Positions 9,573 through 20,000 are shown, numbered from the stretch's first letter. The stretch is DNA of 20,000 nucleotides from Toensbergia leucococca (GCA_022813965.1 JALDZS010000053.1:112085-132084), one strand, 5' to 3'. Notes: generated from the sequence alone by a model not told the origin. Made by a program: numbers and translations.

Positions 9573-11000
9573 ATGATACTTACGCTTAAACCGGTGCTGC
9601 AGAACGGCTTCAATTTCAAGAGTACCCATGTGTACTCACCTTCCAAACCCCCCTCGGTTCACCTCTCCCCTTCCCTGAAACAAGCCTCCCTCCCTCCGCT
9701 GCCCGAGAGCATACCGTGGAGGATGAGTACACCTCATCGAGGCCTTCCGCCTCCCTCGACCATGGTGTCCAATCCTGATCGTGGTCCGCCCTCGGTCAAC
9801 CTACCCATGGGTCAACTCCCAGCAGCACCAACGCAATGGCACGGTGCTGATGAGTCGATGCGCAATTGGCTGCAGGCAAAAGCAGAAGAAGATCGACGAA
9901 AACAAGAGGAAGAACGGACCCGACAAGAGACCTTGAGGCTGGAGCAGCGCAAGATCGAGCAAACCATGCTACGAGAATCACTTCAGGGTGGAATTCCACC
10001 GCATATGGTGCCCATGGTTTTTGCTGGTATGGGGGGCGGTAATCTGGCAAATGCGAGCTTGGAATGGGCTCAACACTACATGGCTCAAATCACTCTCCAG
10101 CAGCAGGCCCAATTGCAACAGCAACAATTACAAGCACAAACCACGCCTGAGCTACGTCGAGAATCTCGCATGCTTGGAGGTCCTCAACCGAACCCGTACG
10201 GCGCGCAACAGCCACAAGCAGTGCCGCAGAACGCCGCGGTTCTTCCCGGGCAACAACTGCCCTCGCAGCAACAGCCAAACGCAGAGTTCATGCCTTCATA
10301 TCAAACTCCCAACATCCCCACTGATCGGGCAAGAACGCAACAGCCGTCCATACAAGCAGCCCAACCAACTTCCGCCCCAAGAGCGCCAGCTCAATCGACC
10401 CTGCCACGTCTCAATACGGGAGAAATGCAGATTCATCCGCCCCCACAAGGTCCCCCTAACATCCAATTAGCTAGCCAACACCCTGTCCAGCAAGCACACG
10501 CTACCCAGCAACGAGATCAGCACCCTTCGTCGCCTTCCATCTACTTTCACCATTGGGTCCCGCCAACAACACAAGCAGGAGCCAAGGATCCACAAACACC
10601 CTCCGGCAAGAGTCAACACGAATCCCCGTACTCTCAAAATGCAGCTTCTCATCTTCGATCGGAATATACCAGCTCACCCAAGAAGCGAAAAGCCACTGGT
10701 TCCCACCACGTGAATCCTGCACCTTCATCGAACCACCCCGACACATCTCCATCCTTCTCGCAAAACGCGTCATCCTCCCGCCGCAGAGGACACTCGAGGC
10801 AACGTAGCGATGGCTCCACCCGACATCGGCAACAACCGGGAAGCGGACGTCAGAGCATGTCAGAAGCCGAAAGTGGAAGTCAACGGCAAGTCTCCACTCA
10901 ACCCGAAACACGCCAAAGCCTATATTCGGCTGGTCCGGAAACAAGACATGGCAGTGAGCGAAATAGCAGTCCCAAAAGAGAGCCTGAAGGACCGTCATAG
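9573..11000 (+). CDS. Gln/Pro-rich, largely disordered fungal hypothetical protein with a short coiled-coil block; single exon, 475 aa
   Basis: Long uninterrupted ORF. It contains a structured block WLQAKAEEDRRKQEEERTRQETLRLEQRKIEQTMLRESLQGGIPPHMVPMVFAG, the motif SIYFHHWVPP and an NLS-like SPKKRK. An alternative start is possible at 9723 (MSTPHRGLPPP). Confidence 0.8.
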   Translation: MILTLKPVLQNGFNFKSTHVYSPSKPPSVHLSPSLKQASLPPLPESIPWRMSTPHRGLPPPSTMVSNPDRGPPSVNLPMGQLPAAPTQWHGADESMRNWLQAKAEEDRRKQEEERTRQETLRLEQRKIEQTMLRESLQGGIPPHMVPMVFAGMGGGNLANASLEWAQHYMAQITLQQQAQLQQQQLQAQTTPELRRESRMLGGPQPNPYGAQQPQAVPQNAAVLPGQQLPSQQQPNAEFMPSYQTPNIPTDRARTQQPSIQAAQPTSAPRAPAQSTLPRLNTGEMQIHPPPQGPPNIQLASQHPVQQAHATQQRDQHPSSPSIYFHHWVPPTTQAGAKDPQTPSGKSQHESPYSQNAASHLRSEYTSSPKKRKATGSHHVNPAPSSNHPDTSPSFSQNASSSRRRGHSRQRSDGSTRHRQQPGSGRQSMSEAESGSQRQVSTQPETRQSLYSAGPETRHGSERNSSPKREPEGPS

Positions 11001-12020
11001 ATTTAATTTGAAAAAAAGATTGGCTGAGATTTTAATGGGGAATGGTTGATGTATGATATGTCTGGTTCTAGCTCGTTATATGTCTATACCCTTCTTGCGT
11101 ATTGCTTCCTGCATCGACCAACAGGTCGTGGTACCTTGCATGGTTGGTCGGACGTCATGATTTTTTTTCATCCATTCTACAGATTCCCCATTATCGATTG
11201 TTATCATGCCCTAGTGGCCAAGACTTTGTTCTTGTATTTTGTAATTCCGTAGTCTTGTTACTCGTATCTTTCTTCTTCGTGTTGAGGGGAAGCATCATCT
11301 TTTGCAGCTTGCACCATTATCTTTCATGTCAAATAGGTATGGTGTGGAAGGAAGCGGCATCCTGTAAATTATATTTGTTCTGGCATCTGTATCGAGTAAA
11401 AGGAGAGCCTGGGTATGTCTGACAATGTGTAACGTCACGAATTTCTATCCAGTTGAACGTTTATCAAATGTACTTGTATCTTCATTCGGGATCCAATGGG
11501 CAGAGAAACAACATGTCATTTTTCTTGGCCGCGCCGTTACGGAGTGACATTACTGGGACACGGCGGCAGCGGTTGGTTGTTGTTGTTGCTGTAGCAGGCT
11601 TCCTCGGCTCGTTCAGTCGTGTGTGCGATATTCAGGCAACCGACGGTGTGACGGCAACACCAACCTCCTAATAAGCAAGCGAAGCGACTTCTCGGCCAAA
11701 ATGACACATGTCCAATATTGACTGCAGACCCCGACTGACTCCTCAGCCATCACAAAATTTATATGCGAAAATCCAATGGGTGCCGCCGGTGAGGGTACGC
11801 TACCTACCTATGATGATTCATCCCTGAAGGCATTTGGGTCGGCATTCAGGTAATGGGCACGTGCGCCAGACTCGAATACGGTCTCTGTGGGAATCGGGCT
11901 TCCATCGAGGGACCAATATTGCTGATTTAGCGCCTCGATGTATTAAGCCCAGGAAATGAGAGGCCTTTCTGTTCTCGCAATCTACTTTGCCTTTCTCATT
12001 AGCTATAGCCCTGAAACCCC

Positions 12021-13670
12021 AGCACCGCGACCTTTGAAAGTTATGCGTATCTCACACAGGATCAACCAATTATCCCAGTTCAACAGGACGAATACCGTCT
12101 CGACCTCGCAAACTGCACCCATCAGGCCCATACACCCCCTCCCCCTCCCCAAAACCCACAGTACCTGCCCCATTCTCATACCTCCTCCCCTAGTCTCGAT
12201 TCCTCCGTTGGACAAGCACCTCCAAAAGCCCACAATGATCCCCAAGCCATATCTCACACCTCTCCCCTCCCAAATCCACCCCCAACAACCCAGGCTCCAT
12301 TCAACCCTCACATCACATTTCCCACCAAAAAAAAAAGACAATTCTCCAGCATACATCCCAGAGACAGCATCTCAACAACCCCCCTAAAATATCCCCAAAT
12401 CACTTCCACATCTCCAAGCAATAGAAAAAGAGCTGCAAACTCGAAAAACGCAACAGCGGTTTAATCCCGTTCTAGAAGTCCTAGGCCCCGGCACTTGCCT
12501 CAAAATTTCTAGTCCCCCAATACCAACCTATGACTTCTTCTTCCTTTGCCTCCACCCACCGGCTATGCGATTATCACTCTCACCAAGTTGGGAAAATACA
12601 CCCTGTTTCCCTTCTCCGAAACAGCCAGTAAATCATCCATAGTTGAGAGTTCAAAGCCGAGAAAATAGCGACGGTATTCGTTGGTAACGGCTGGCCCTCT
12701 CCACTCCTCGGTCTTCCGATTCTATCTCGCCTGCTCTCGCCTCGTGTTCCGAACACTGAGACTCTATGCGATCCCTACTCTTCCCCGTGCGGTTTTCGAG
12801 CTTTGACGTTATCATTTCTCAGATCCCTATTAAGAACCGCAGGCGTCTATCAGGTATTTGTCTTATACGACATGATTTACATTGATCCATCATGTCTTCC
12901 TTTACTCTCCTCTCTCCTCTCCTTATTGGCCCCAATCCCCTTGCCTTGAACATATACAACCCAAGACCAAAAACCAAAAACCAACAAATCCCAGCAACCA
13001 TCATCTCTCAACCCCCATCAAGGAACAAGAACAATGCTCCCCCAAAAACTTCTACTCTGAAAATCTTAGCGCCCTGGATCAAAACCGGAAAGAAAAATTC
13101 ATAGCGGTCATCGAATGGCAAAGTCTTAGTATCCATGATAACAAATGAGATTTAAAAAAGAGTAACATCACAACTTTTCTGGCCTCTGTATCCCATGGTG
13201 CTAGTGCAGTTTAAGTTTCAAGCTCCTTGAACCCCCTTTTGATAAGAGCGCAGACATCTTTTCAGGTGAAAAAGGTGGTTGGTTTGGAGAATTACAATCT
13301 TTGTTGTTATTTCGACCTCATCAAGTGTGTCTTCTCTCTCATCCCACCTTCCCCGCCTCTTTCTCCTTCCCCCCTTACCCAGAGAAGAAAAGAAAAAACA
13401 GATACACAAACCCCAACCCCCCCCCCCCAAAAAACTCCCCCAATATACCCCGCCCCATCAGTCCTCTCAAAACCTCCAAAAACAAAGGAACGAAATAAAA
13501 AACATCTTCAAAGAACATTCATCCGAAACCCTCCTCCGCCATTTGGGGACGTCATCTTCGTCACAAAAAGTCGGTCTCTGGTAGTAGTCCCTGGTAGTCC
13601 TAAGCCCTCCCTCCCTCCTCCCTTCGAAAAGAAAAGACCAGAAAAAAAGACCAGAAAAAAAAAGAAATAG
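12021..13670 (+). pseudogene. Possible decayed gene relic (several protein-like frames broken by stops and frameshifts)
   Basis: Stop-free stretches occur from ~12021 (STATFESYAYLTQDQPIIPVQQDEYRLDLANC...) and at 12647-12949 (100 codons, EFKAEKIATVFVGNGWPSPLLGLP...). One frame runs 12882-13670 with only two internal stops. No family was recognised, and the low T/G content inflates ORF length. Confidence 0.25.
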
Positions 13671-14800
13671 ATAAAAAGGCATAATAAAAAAAAGGGGGGG
13701 CTTCAAACCAACCCTCAAAATGTCACAACCCAAAAAAAAAAACACCCCATCCCCAGCCCCCCCCCCCCCAACCCCCCCCCCCCCCCCCAAAAAAAAAAAA
13801 AAAAAAGTTCAGTCACCGCCACCGCACCATTCCCCCTCCCCCCCCCCAACTCCAAAGAAAACAAAAAGTACCCCAGCCCCCAATCCTCCATTCGCCTCCA
13901 AATCCCGTTAAAAAAAAAAAAACGCAGCAACTCAACCCCACGACCGTATGTAAACCTTTGGTATAGATATAGATAAAAGACCGTGGGGTGGGTAGGAGTT
14001 CAGTTAGAGTGAATGAGGTTCTATGATCATCTTTCCTCGGTGTGATAATCTTTTGAAAGGGGGGGTCTTGAGAGAGGAGGAGAAAGAGGAAAGAGAAGAA
14101 AAAGGGAAGGAAGAGGGGAAAGAGGAAAGAGAAGAAAAAGGGAAGGAGGGGAGAGAGGGGGGCAAATAAAAAACACAATCCTGATATCAACATCCCCCAA
14201 GGAAAAAGCCGGATCCAAAATGCCCTTACACGATACGATGATAAGAAAGCCGCAAAAAAAAAAAAAAATGGGGAACAGAAAAACTCAATCGCCCCCTTGT
14301 TCTCCCACACGTAAACCCCACTTTTTCCTTTTTGTGGGGGGGGGGAGGGGGGAAATGGGGGAGAAAATACGGAGACTTGTTTGCGGGAGATGTTATCCAG
14401 GACCGTATGGTTGGGGGTAAGAAGAGTATTGGGAACCCCCCCCCGGGCCTTTTTTTTTTGCTAGGACTTATTATTTCCTGGTGAGAAAAGCCCCCGGCCC
14501 CTCCTTTTCAAAAAAAAGGGGGGGGGGATGGAGTAGTTGGATGTCGCGCTTTCACCACTAATCCGCCAGCTATTTGGATCTAATTTATATACATGCGTTA
14601 CACATCCGTAAATCTCCTAGGTACCAAAAAAAAAGTGGAAATAAACAGCGCGAATAAATTCTCGACGAATAAAGGGAGGGGGTATATCCCAGCTTTCTGT
14701 ACACGAAATCGAAAAATAGAAGAATCTACATACAGCCAGCACAATCTCCATTCTCACAGCCCCCCGATATGCGAATCAAAAACCAAAAAAAAAATCAAGC
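13380..14800. repeat. Low-complexity region dense in poly-A, poly-C, poly-G and poly-T runs
   Basis: Many homopolymers of 8-18 nt, for example the C runs and A run at 13757-13806, the A run near 13910-13922, and G/T runs at 14336-14528. Confidence 0.92.
14070..14162 (+). repeat. 93-nt purine-only tract containing a 30-nt direct repeat
   Basis: Only A and G from 14070 to 14162. GAAAGAGGAAAGAGAAGAAAAAGGGAAGGA occurs at 14082-14111 and 14118-14147 (period 36). Confidence 0.9.
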
Positions 14801-14801
14801 T

Positions 14802-17259
14802 CTACTTCTTCTTCCGATGCACCTTCCACTCCGCCTTCGTAACCCGCATAAACAACTCCTCATCCCTTACTGGGATCCAACTCGTGAGCACCTTCATGGC
14901 GTTTTCAAAGTCGGAGTCGAGGAGAATCTCGCGGGTGCCGTCGATGAGGGCGGCGGAAGCGGCGTGTAGGATATCGAGGCCGCCGTTGAAAGGGGAGGAG
15001 GGTGTGCCTGAGGGAGGGGAGGACGAGGAGGAGGGGGGAGTGTCGCCGAGAAGCATAAAGACGTCCCAGACGCGAAGTTGGGCTGGGAAGGGAATGGAGT
15101 AGTTGAAGAGGGTGAGGTACCAGCGGGTACCGTACGCGGTTGGGGAGATGCCGAGCTCCGTCTGTTCGGGAAAGGGAATGTTAGTCTGTGTGCTTGATGG
15201 TGGTTGGGGGACTGCTAGTTGAGTAACTCACTAATTTCCCGGACACTTGGCCATCGGCAAGCCACGTTTTTTCAAATTCGTCCAAAGCTTGCATTAAGCC
15301 GTCAAACCCGGATTGATAGAGCCGCTCGAGACCTCGGAGCTGCCACAGTCGGACCAGCATCACAAAGGTCATTTCTTCGTCAAAGTAGCAGAGGAGTGTC
15401 GCGGCTAGAGCGGCCATGCCTTGCACGTAGCCCGTGTCGGGAAAGTAGATTGACAGACAGTGTAGGACCCTGAATAAGAGCCTTTGACCTCCTCGATATC
15501 GACGTCTGAACATGATGTGGCTGTTAATGGTTCGAGGGACATCAATGTCGATTTGAACATCGTCTGGAGAACTCTGATCGAGGAGCGTATGAAAAACGGT
15601 AATGAGCTCATCATCGCTGGGACTTCCTCGATGCTTTTTCGCACTAGCCGTCAAGAAGGCATGCCATGCTGTTGCGCGCCATCTATCAGGAATACCTTTC
15701 CACGTTCTCTCAATAAGTTTAGGGTTTGCAGTATCGAATTCAAAGGTCATTCCACCGCCATTGTTATCACGTTTGATTGGTTTGGCCATTCTCCTCCACT
15801 TTTCCTCTCTCTCCCACTCTTTCCTCTTCGCTTCAGTCGCAGCCCTACTGTCTTCCTCAATTTCTGCGATGTCGGATAATCCAGGTGGGAGAGTCAGCAT
15901 ATCACCCGCCTCGTCCATCCAACGTCTATCACGATTATGGGGTAATCGATTGGCGGCTGATCGAACCCTTGAGCCATTACGACTGACTGGACTTTTATAG
16001 GAACTTTGGGACGAAGCCGGACGTGGGGTCCGCCGTGAAAACAGCCTCATTGGCGAAGGATTTGTGGCCGATTTAGTTGAACGTTGCGCTGATGGGATTC
16101 TCTGTAATGTACTACGTTGTCTTCGAGGGGTTTCCGAAGCAAGTTGAAGGGATGTAGATACTCGCTGAATTCGCTGTGGTTCTGGAGATAGCGTTCGCGA
16201 AGAATTTTGCAAAGAACCTTGGGATGGAAGCCTTCGCTGAACAATGAATCCATATCGATCTACATCCCCACCATTAAGGTTTTCCCAGTCCTCTATCCCG
16301 CCCGCTAGTTCATTTTTCTCTCGTTCAAGCATGCTTTCCCTTCCTTTGTCAAGAGTCATCGAGCGATCTGGATGATTGCCACTTGGGACAGCCTCATTCC
16401 CCTCCAGTGGCGTGCCATTCTGACGAGGTAACAATTTAGAACCATAGTGTACATCCACATCTTCCTCTTCAATCTCATTGACACCCGAGTATGTCCCATT
16501 TGCCCAACTCTGCTCTCTCGTCGTTCCACACCCATACATGGACCGTACTTTTTGTGAAAGGATCTCATCGTCAACGGACAGCAGTCTAGTAGTGGCGCTT
16601 GGTAACGGTGAAAGCATCGATACGCTTGGTTTTCGGCGGCCCCCATTTACTCTGACCTGTCCAAGTGTTTTCCCGTTGGCAATATTTGCCTTTTTCCCTC
16701 CAAGAAGCATGCTCCCTCGCTTCGAAAATTCCATCTGGCCCGGAGACGTTAGATCCTCAAAGCTACCTGTGGGTATATCCGTCTGAATGCCAAGAAATGG
16801 TACTTCAGGTTCCGGGGAATGTTCAATCTGGATCTGAGGAGGTTGCTGCTTCTGTGCACCATATTTGTTTGACTTCTTCGGAGAGGACAGTGTAGTATCA
16901 TCTTGTAAAAGAACGTGTGGTAAACTCGACGACTTTTTCAAGCTAGCTGACGACTCCACATCTGTGGCTAGAGTCGTATGACTATCTCTCGAGGTCGAAT
17001 TCCCTCGATTTGAAGGTGCAAGTCCTGAATCTCTTCTTACATCATCGTGTAATTTTGACCGAGCTTTGTCGACAGAAGGATTTCGATCTGGAAAGATCTG
17101 TGGTCGTCTACGCCCCGATGAATCGTTGCGCGGTGAACCTGGTGGGAGGATAGCGAGGGTGATAGGTATTGGGGGTTTCGCAGGTTGTGTGTCTTCGTAT
17201 GGAATAGCCCTCAGGCTTCCTCGACTGTCTGGTCTCGGTTGCGACGATGGGATCTTCAT
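14802..17259 (-). CDS. TBC (Tre2/Bub2/Cdc16) domain Rab GTPase-activating protein; 2 coding exons, ~795 aa
   Basis: Exon 17259-15232, intron 15231-15162 (GTGAGT...ACTAAC...CAG), exon 15161-14802. Motifs: VDRYGF, WKGIPDRWRATAW, IDIDVPRT (Arg finger IxxDxxR), GYVQGM (Gln finger YxQ), YGTRWYLTLF and RVWDVF. The N-terminus is long and disordered. The true start may lie further upstream. Confidence 0.92.
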
Positions 17260-18747
17260 AATGAATGGCGGCTTCGAGGATGAGGAGCATTGCCTTTTAC
17301 ACGTATTTGAGAGAGGTAAGTGAGATGTTGCAGCATAATAAAATGCACATAGTCGGTACCTATTCGCAGAACACGACGATGATGCACCTAGTCACGTTGT
17401 CGCATGCGAACATGTCTTGGCGGCCGCGTGGGGTTTAGCGGGGTCTCCCAAATTAGAGATTCGGACGCTTTCGGCTTTCCTCAATTTACCTCATTTCATC
17501 TCTATTTCAACCGCGGCTCCAAGGACTCGAACCAGATTTTGCATAATCTGCTTCTAGACAGTCTTCATCCGGTCCCTTCCGAATGCATTTCCCTTCTTCC
17601 TTCTCGGATAAAAGTACAAACATAGACCAGGACGGCTATGTTGTTTTTATGCCGATTGCGTACTTGTATCATGTCATAGTATAATAGTATCTTTCTCTTT
17701 ACTTCGACTTTCGTGACCTTGTCTCAACAAAGTCTTGCTCTGATATGGCAAACCTGGAAATAAAATTACCTGGTCCCCATCGACAGAGGACATACTATCC
17801 GCTAAGACAGTCCACTCCCATACATTACAGATGACACTGAATGATAGAGGCTCTCTCTTTGCTGCACTTCTTAGTCCAATGTCCACATTCGGAGAATCAA
17901 GAATTACAGGTAATGCATTCTTTTGAGCTTCCAAATCACGCCTGTTGGCTTTATCCATCCTTTTGCAAGCGAAAGTCTCACGGTGCTATATTAGGTCCCT
18001 TGACCCCTGGTCCGTATCATCCATTGTTCCGGCCCACAGCGTAGATATCTGCTCCTATGGCACCCCAGATCACATTCACTTACACACATAACAATGAAAT
18101 GCCCATATACTCAGAATGAGCCCTTATAGAAAGGAAGGATCAACCACGGTCTCGAAGAATCAGAACAGCAAGGAAGGGACGACTCAATGTGCTATTACCT
18201 TTTCTTTTCAGTCATAGAACCTGTACAAAGGCATAGTGGCTGAGGAAGCGAGGGTAGGGATTTCTCCATAGGAGTTGAATAGCTCAGTATGATACGATGA
18301 GACGATGTATAGAGCTGTCTATGGCGGGTGTGAAATTTACCTTGTGCACAATCAATTAAAAGCTCGGATGTCGAGTTGACATATCAGATAAATACACTGA
18401 AGGTTGAGGGAATTGAATAAGCCTTAGTAGATAGAGTCCCGATTGCCAGAATGATTTAATTATTATCATTAGAGCAATAGAGTATTACCCAGTATCTATT
18501 TTATTTTGTTCTATTATATTTTATTTTATTTTATGCTTCGGCACAATTCGCACCATCAATAATCCATCAGGCGACAACGCAGCATGCACATCCAAAACCC
18601 AACAGCAGAAATGATTAATCTGCACCACTTTGCACATGAGGCTATTTGATTGGATGGATGGGGAATAATGAATTTGTGCGGCCGAAGGGTTTCCTGCACT
18701 GTGAAACATCGTCATGTCAATCTGTCTCTGTGCCTTCAACAACCAAA

Positions 18748-19186
18748 ATGGCCACTACCATGGCCACTGCCACTACTCACGAGCTAGGATCATCGATGGA
18801 CAACGCAGCAGGCCGCCACCTCTGTCAAAGTGTCTCTGAATTACTACCGCACCGGACAAATCACCTGGATCTTGACTAATGCAGAGTGTCCAACCGTCCA
18901 TTAAGCAATTCATCCACTCTGCTACAAGCATCGTCTCCTCAATGGCTGCAACGTCAACGATAAGAAAGCTAGAGAGGCAGAGGATCACTGCAATCGCACC
19001 AATAGCCGCCTGTAGCACCCAGACGCCGAGGCCGCTCTTCAAGCAGCAAGGGATGACATGGTCAAACTAATCGACTGGGGGGTCTCCAAGCCCTATCACA
19101 GCATTGAGCGAGCGCCGGGGAGAAGGGAACACAAGCTAATCTGGTCAGTGCAATGCAGCTTATTTGCTATTAGAGCGGGGTCATAA
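18748..19186 (+). pseudogene. Possible small Cys/His-rich pseudogene
   Basis: ATG in a CAAAATGG context at 18748 and a putative 55-nt intron 18830-18884 (GTGTCT...ACTAAT GCAG). The spliced frame reads ...GRHLCQKCPTVH*AIHPLCYKHRLLNGC...RL*HPDAEAALQAARDDMVKLIDWG... with stops at 18902 (TAA) and 19013 (TAG). The donor is weak. Confidence 0.25.
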
Positions 19187-19253
19187 AGCATGTGCTCATG
19201 AAGGGTAGTAGCCCTGGCCCCCCGTCAGTCGATGAGGACAGAGGAGGACTTAT

Positions 19254-19260
19254 TATAAAA
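19254..19260 (+). promoter_or_regulatory. TATA box candidate upstream of KXD1
   Basis: TATAAAA followed by a long CT-rich leader before the ATG at 19524. Confidence 0.45.
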
Positions 19261-19290
19261 GGGAGGTTGAAGCACCCTCCTGGAAGACCC

Positions 19291-19332
19291 TCTCCTTCTT
19301 CCTTAATATTCTCCTTCTTCCTTAATATTCTC
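19291..19332 (+). repeat. 19-nt tandem duplication (TCTCCTTCTTCCTTAATAT x2.2)
   Basis: Exact copies at 19291-19309 and 19310-19328, followed by a partial TCTC. Confidence 0.9.
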
Positions 19333-19523
19333 TGTTCTGAAAACTCCTCTAAGTATCCATCTCCCGTCCATAGCAAACATCACTTCGCTTCCGTCCCGTC
19401 TTACAGTGCTTGCACCCGAGACTCTTACAACATCTGCATCGTACTCTTCTTCTATTTCCTCCATCACCTTCGACTATCTACTTTCATCAAGCTCCTGTTC
19501 TTGGTCTACCATCAATCTTCACC

Positions 19524-20000
19524 ATGCCTTCTACACAGACTCTCCATCGAACTTCTCCTGCATCCCTTCCCCTTACCATGCCTGGTAAATCACCCTACTA
19601 TCCTCCTCCATCGCAGCCGGCTCCCTATCGACGTATCTCCATGTCACCGCCCGCCCCTGGATCAAGTGTCAACACATCTGCCGTTCCGTCCTTGACGTCT
19701 GGCAGCTACTCTGGCAGCGCCGCCGGTGATCACGACAGCACCTCAGGAATTGACCTCGTCGAGCTACTGAATGATCGTCTTAGCAATGCTGTTGATCCAA
19801 TTCCGATGGATAGAAGCTTGGCCAAACAAGCGCAGACGTAAGTGAAACCAGTTCCCGCTCAATTCATAAGATCGCTGCGAAAATACTTTGGAACCGAGAG
19901 TGAAGAAACCATACTGAACAACACCAGATCTGGCGAATTAAACGCCAAGCACCGAGAGTTACTCGAACTGCAAGCACTTGCCCAGCGCCGTCTCAAAGGC
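19524..20000 (+). CDS. KXD1: BLOC-1 complex subunit KXD1 (KxDL family), 3'-truncated by the window end
   Basis: Exon 1 19524 (or 19578)-19837, intron 19838-19927 (GTAAGT...CTGAAC...CAG), exon 2 19928->20000. The spliced protein reads GIDLVELLNDRLSNAVDPIPMDRSLAKQAQT|SGELNAKHRELLELQALAQRRLKG, matching my recollection of filamentous-fungal Kxd1 proteins. Confidence 0.82.

Noticed and set aside
13467..14420. Phe/Gly/Lys/Pro-rich ORFs resembling membrane or basic proteins
   Set aside because: They are translations of homopolymer and polypurine tracts and not credible coding sequence.
11956..14800. Transposable element or classical RIP-degraded repeat
   Set aside because: No terminal inverted repeats, LTRs, target-site duplications or RT/transposase motifs were seen. 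The composition is C- and A-run rich rather than TA-rich.
15219..17323. Multiple plus-strand ORFs within the TBC gene
   Set aside because: They are antisense shadows with no independent evidence.
19058..19090. MVKLIDWGVSK resembling a protein kinase VKLIDFG motif
   Set aside because: No HRD, VAIK, glycine loop or APE motif lies nearby, so it is probably coincidental.

Overview
Eukaryotic DNA from a filamentous ascomycete (Pezizomycotina-like), judged from short GT-AG introns with CTAAC/CTGAC-type branch points. No bacterial elements, RNA genes, CRISPR arrays or recognisable transposons were seen. Six protein-coding genes were reconstructed by hand. (1) A 5-exon CodA-like metal-dependent amidohydrolase with altered catalytic residues (minus, 316-2016). 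(2) Divergent from it, an 11-exon, ~1082-aa protein fusing an N-terminal alpha/beta-hydrolase to a fungal CorA-like membrane domain, with one GC-AG intron (plus, 2495-6393). (3) A 2-exon small secreted 4-Cys protein (minus, 6832-7322). (4) A single-exon Gln/Pro-rich hypothetical protein (plus, 9573-11000). (5) A TBC-domain Rab GAP (minus, 14802-17259). (6) The 5' part of the BLOC-1 subunit KXD1 (plus, 19524 to the window end). The window also contains a (GATGAAA)10 microsatellite, a ~2.8 kb homopolymer-rich region with gene-like relic frames, a 93-nt pure purine tract and a possible small pseudogene. The best candidate for an undescribed system is the hydrolase-CorA fusion, together with its divergent amidohydrolase partner and a possible splice switch. 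Its function is inference only.
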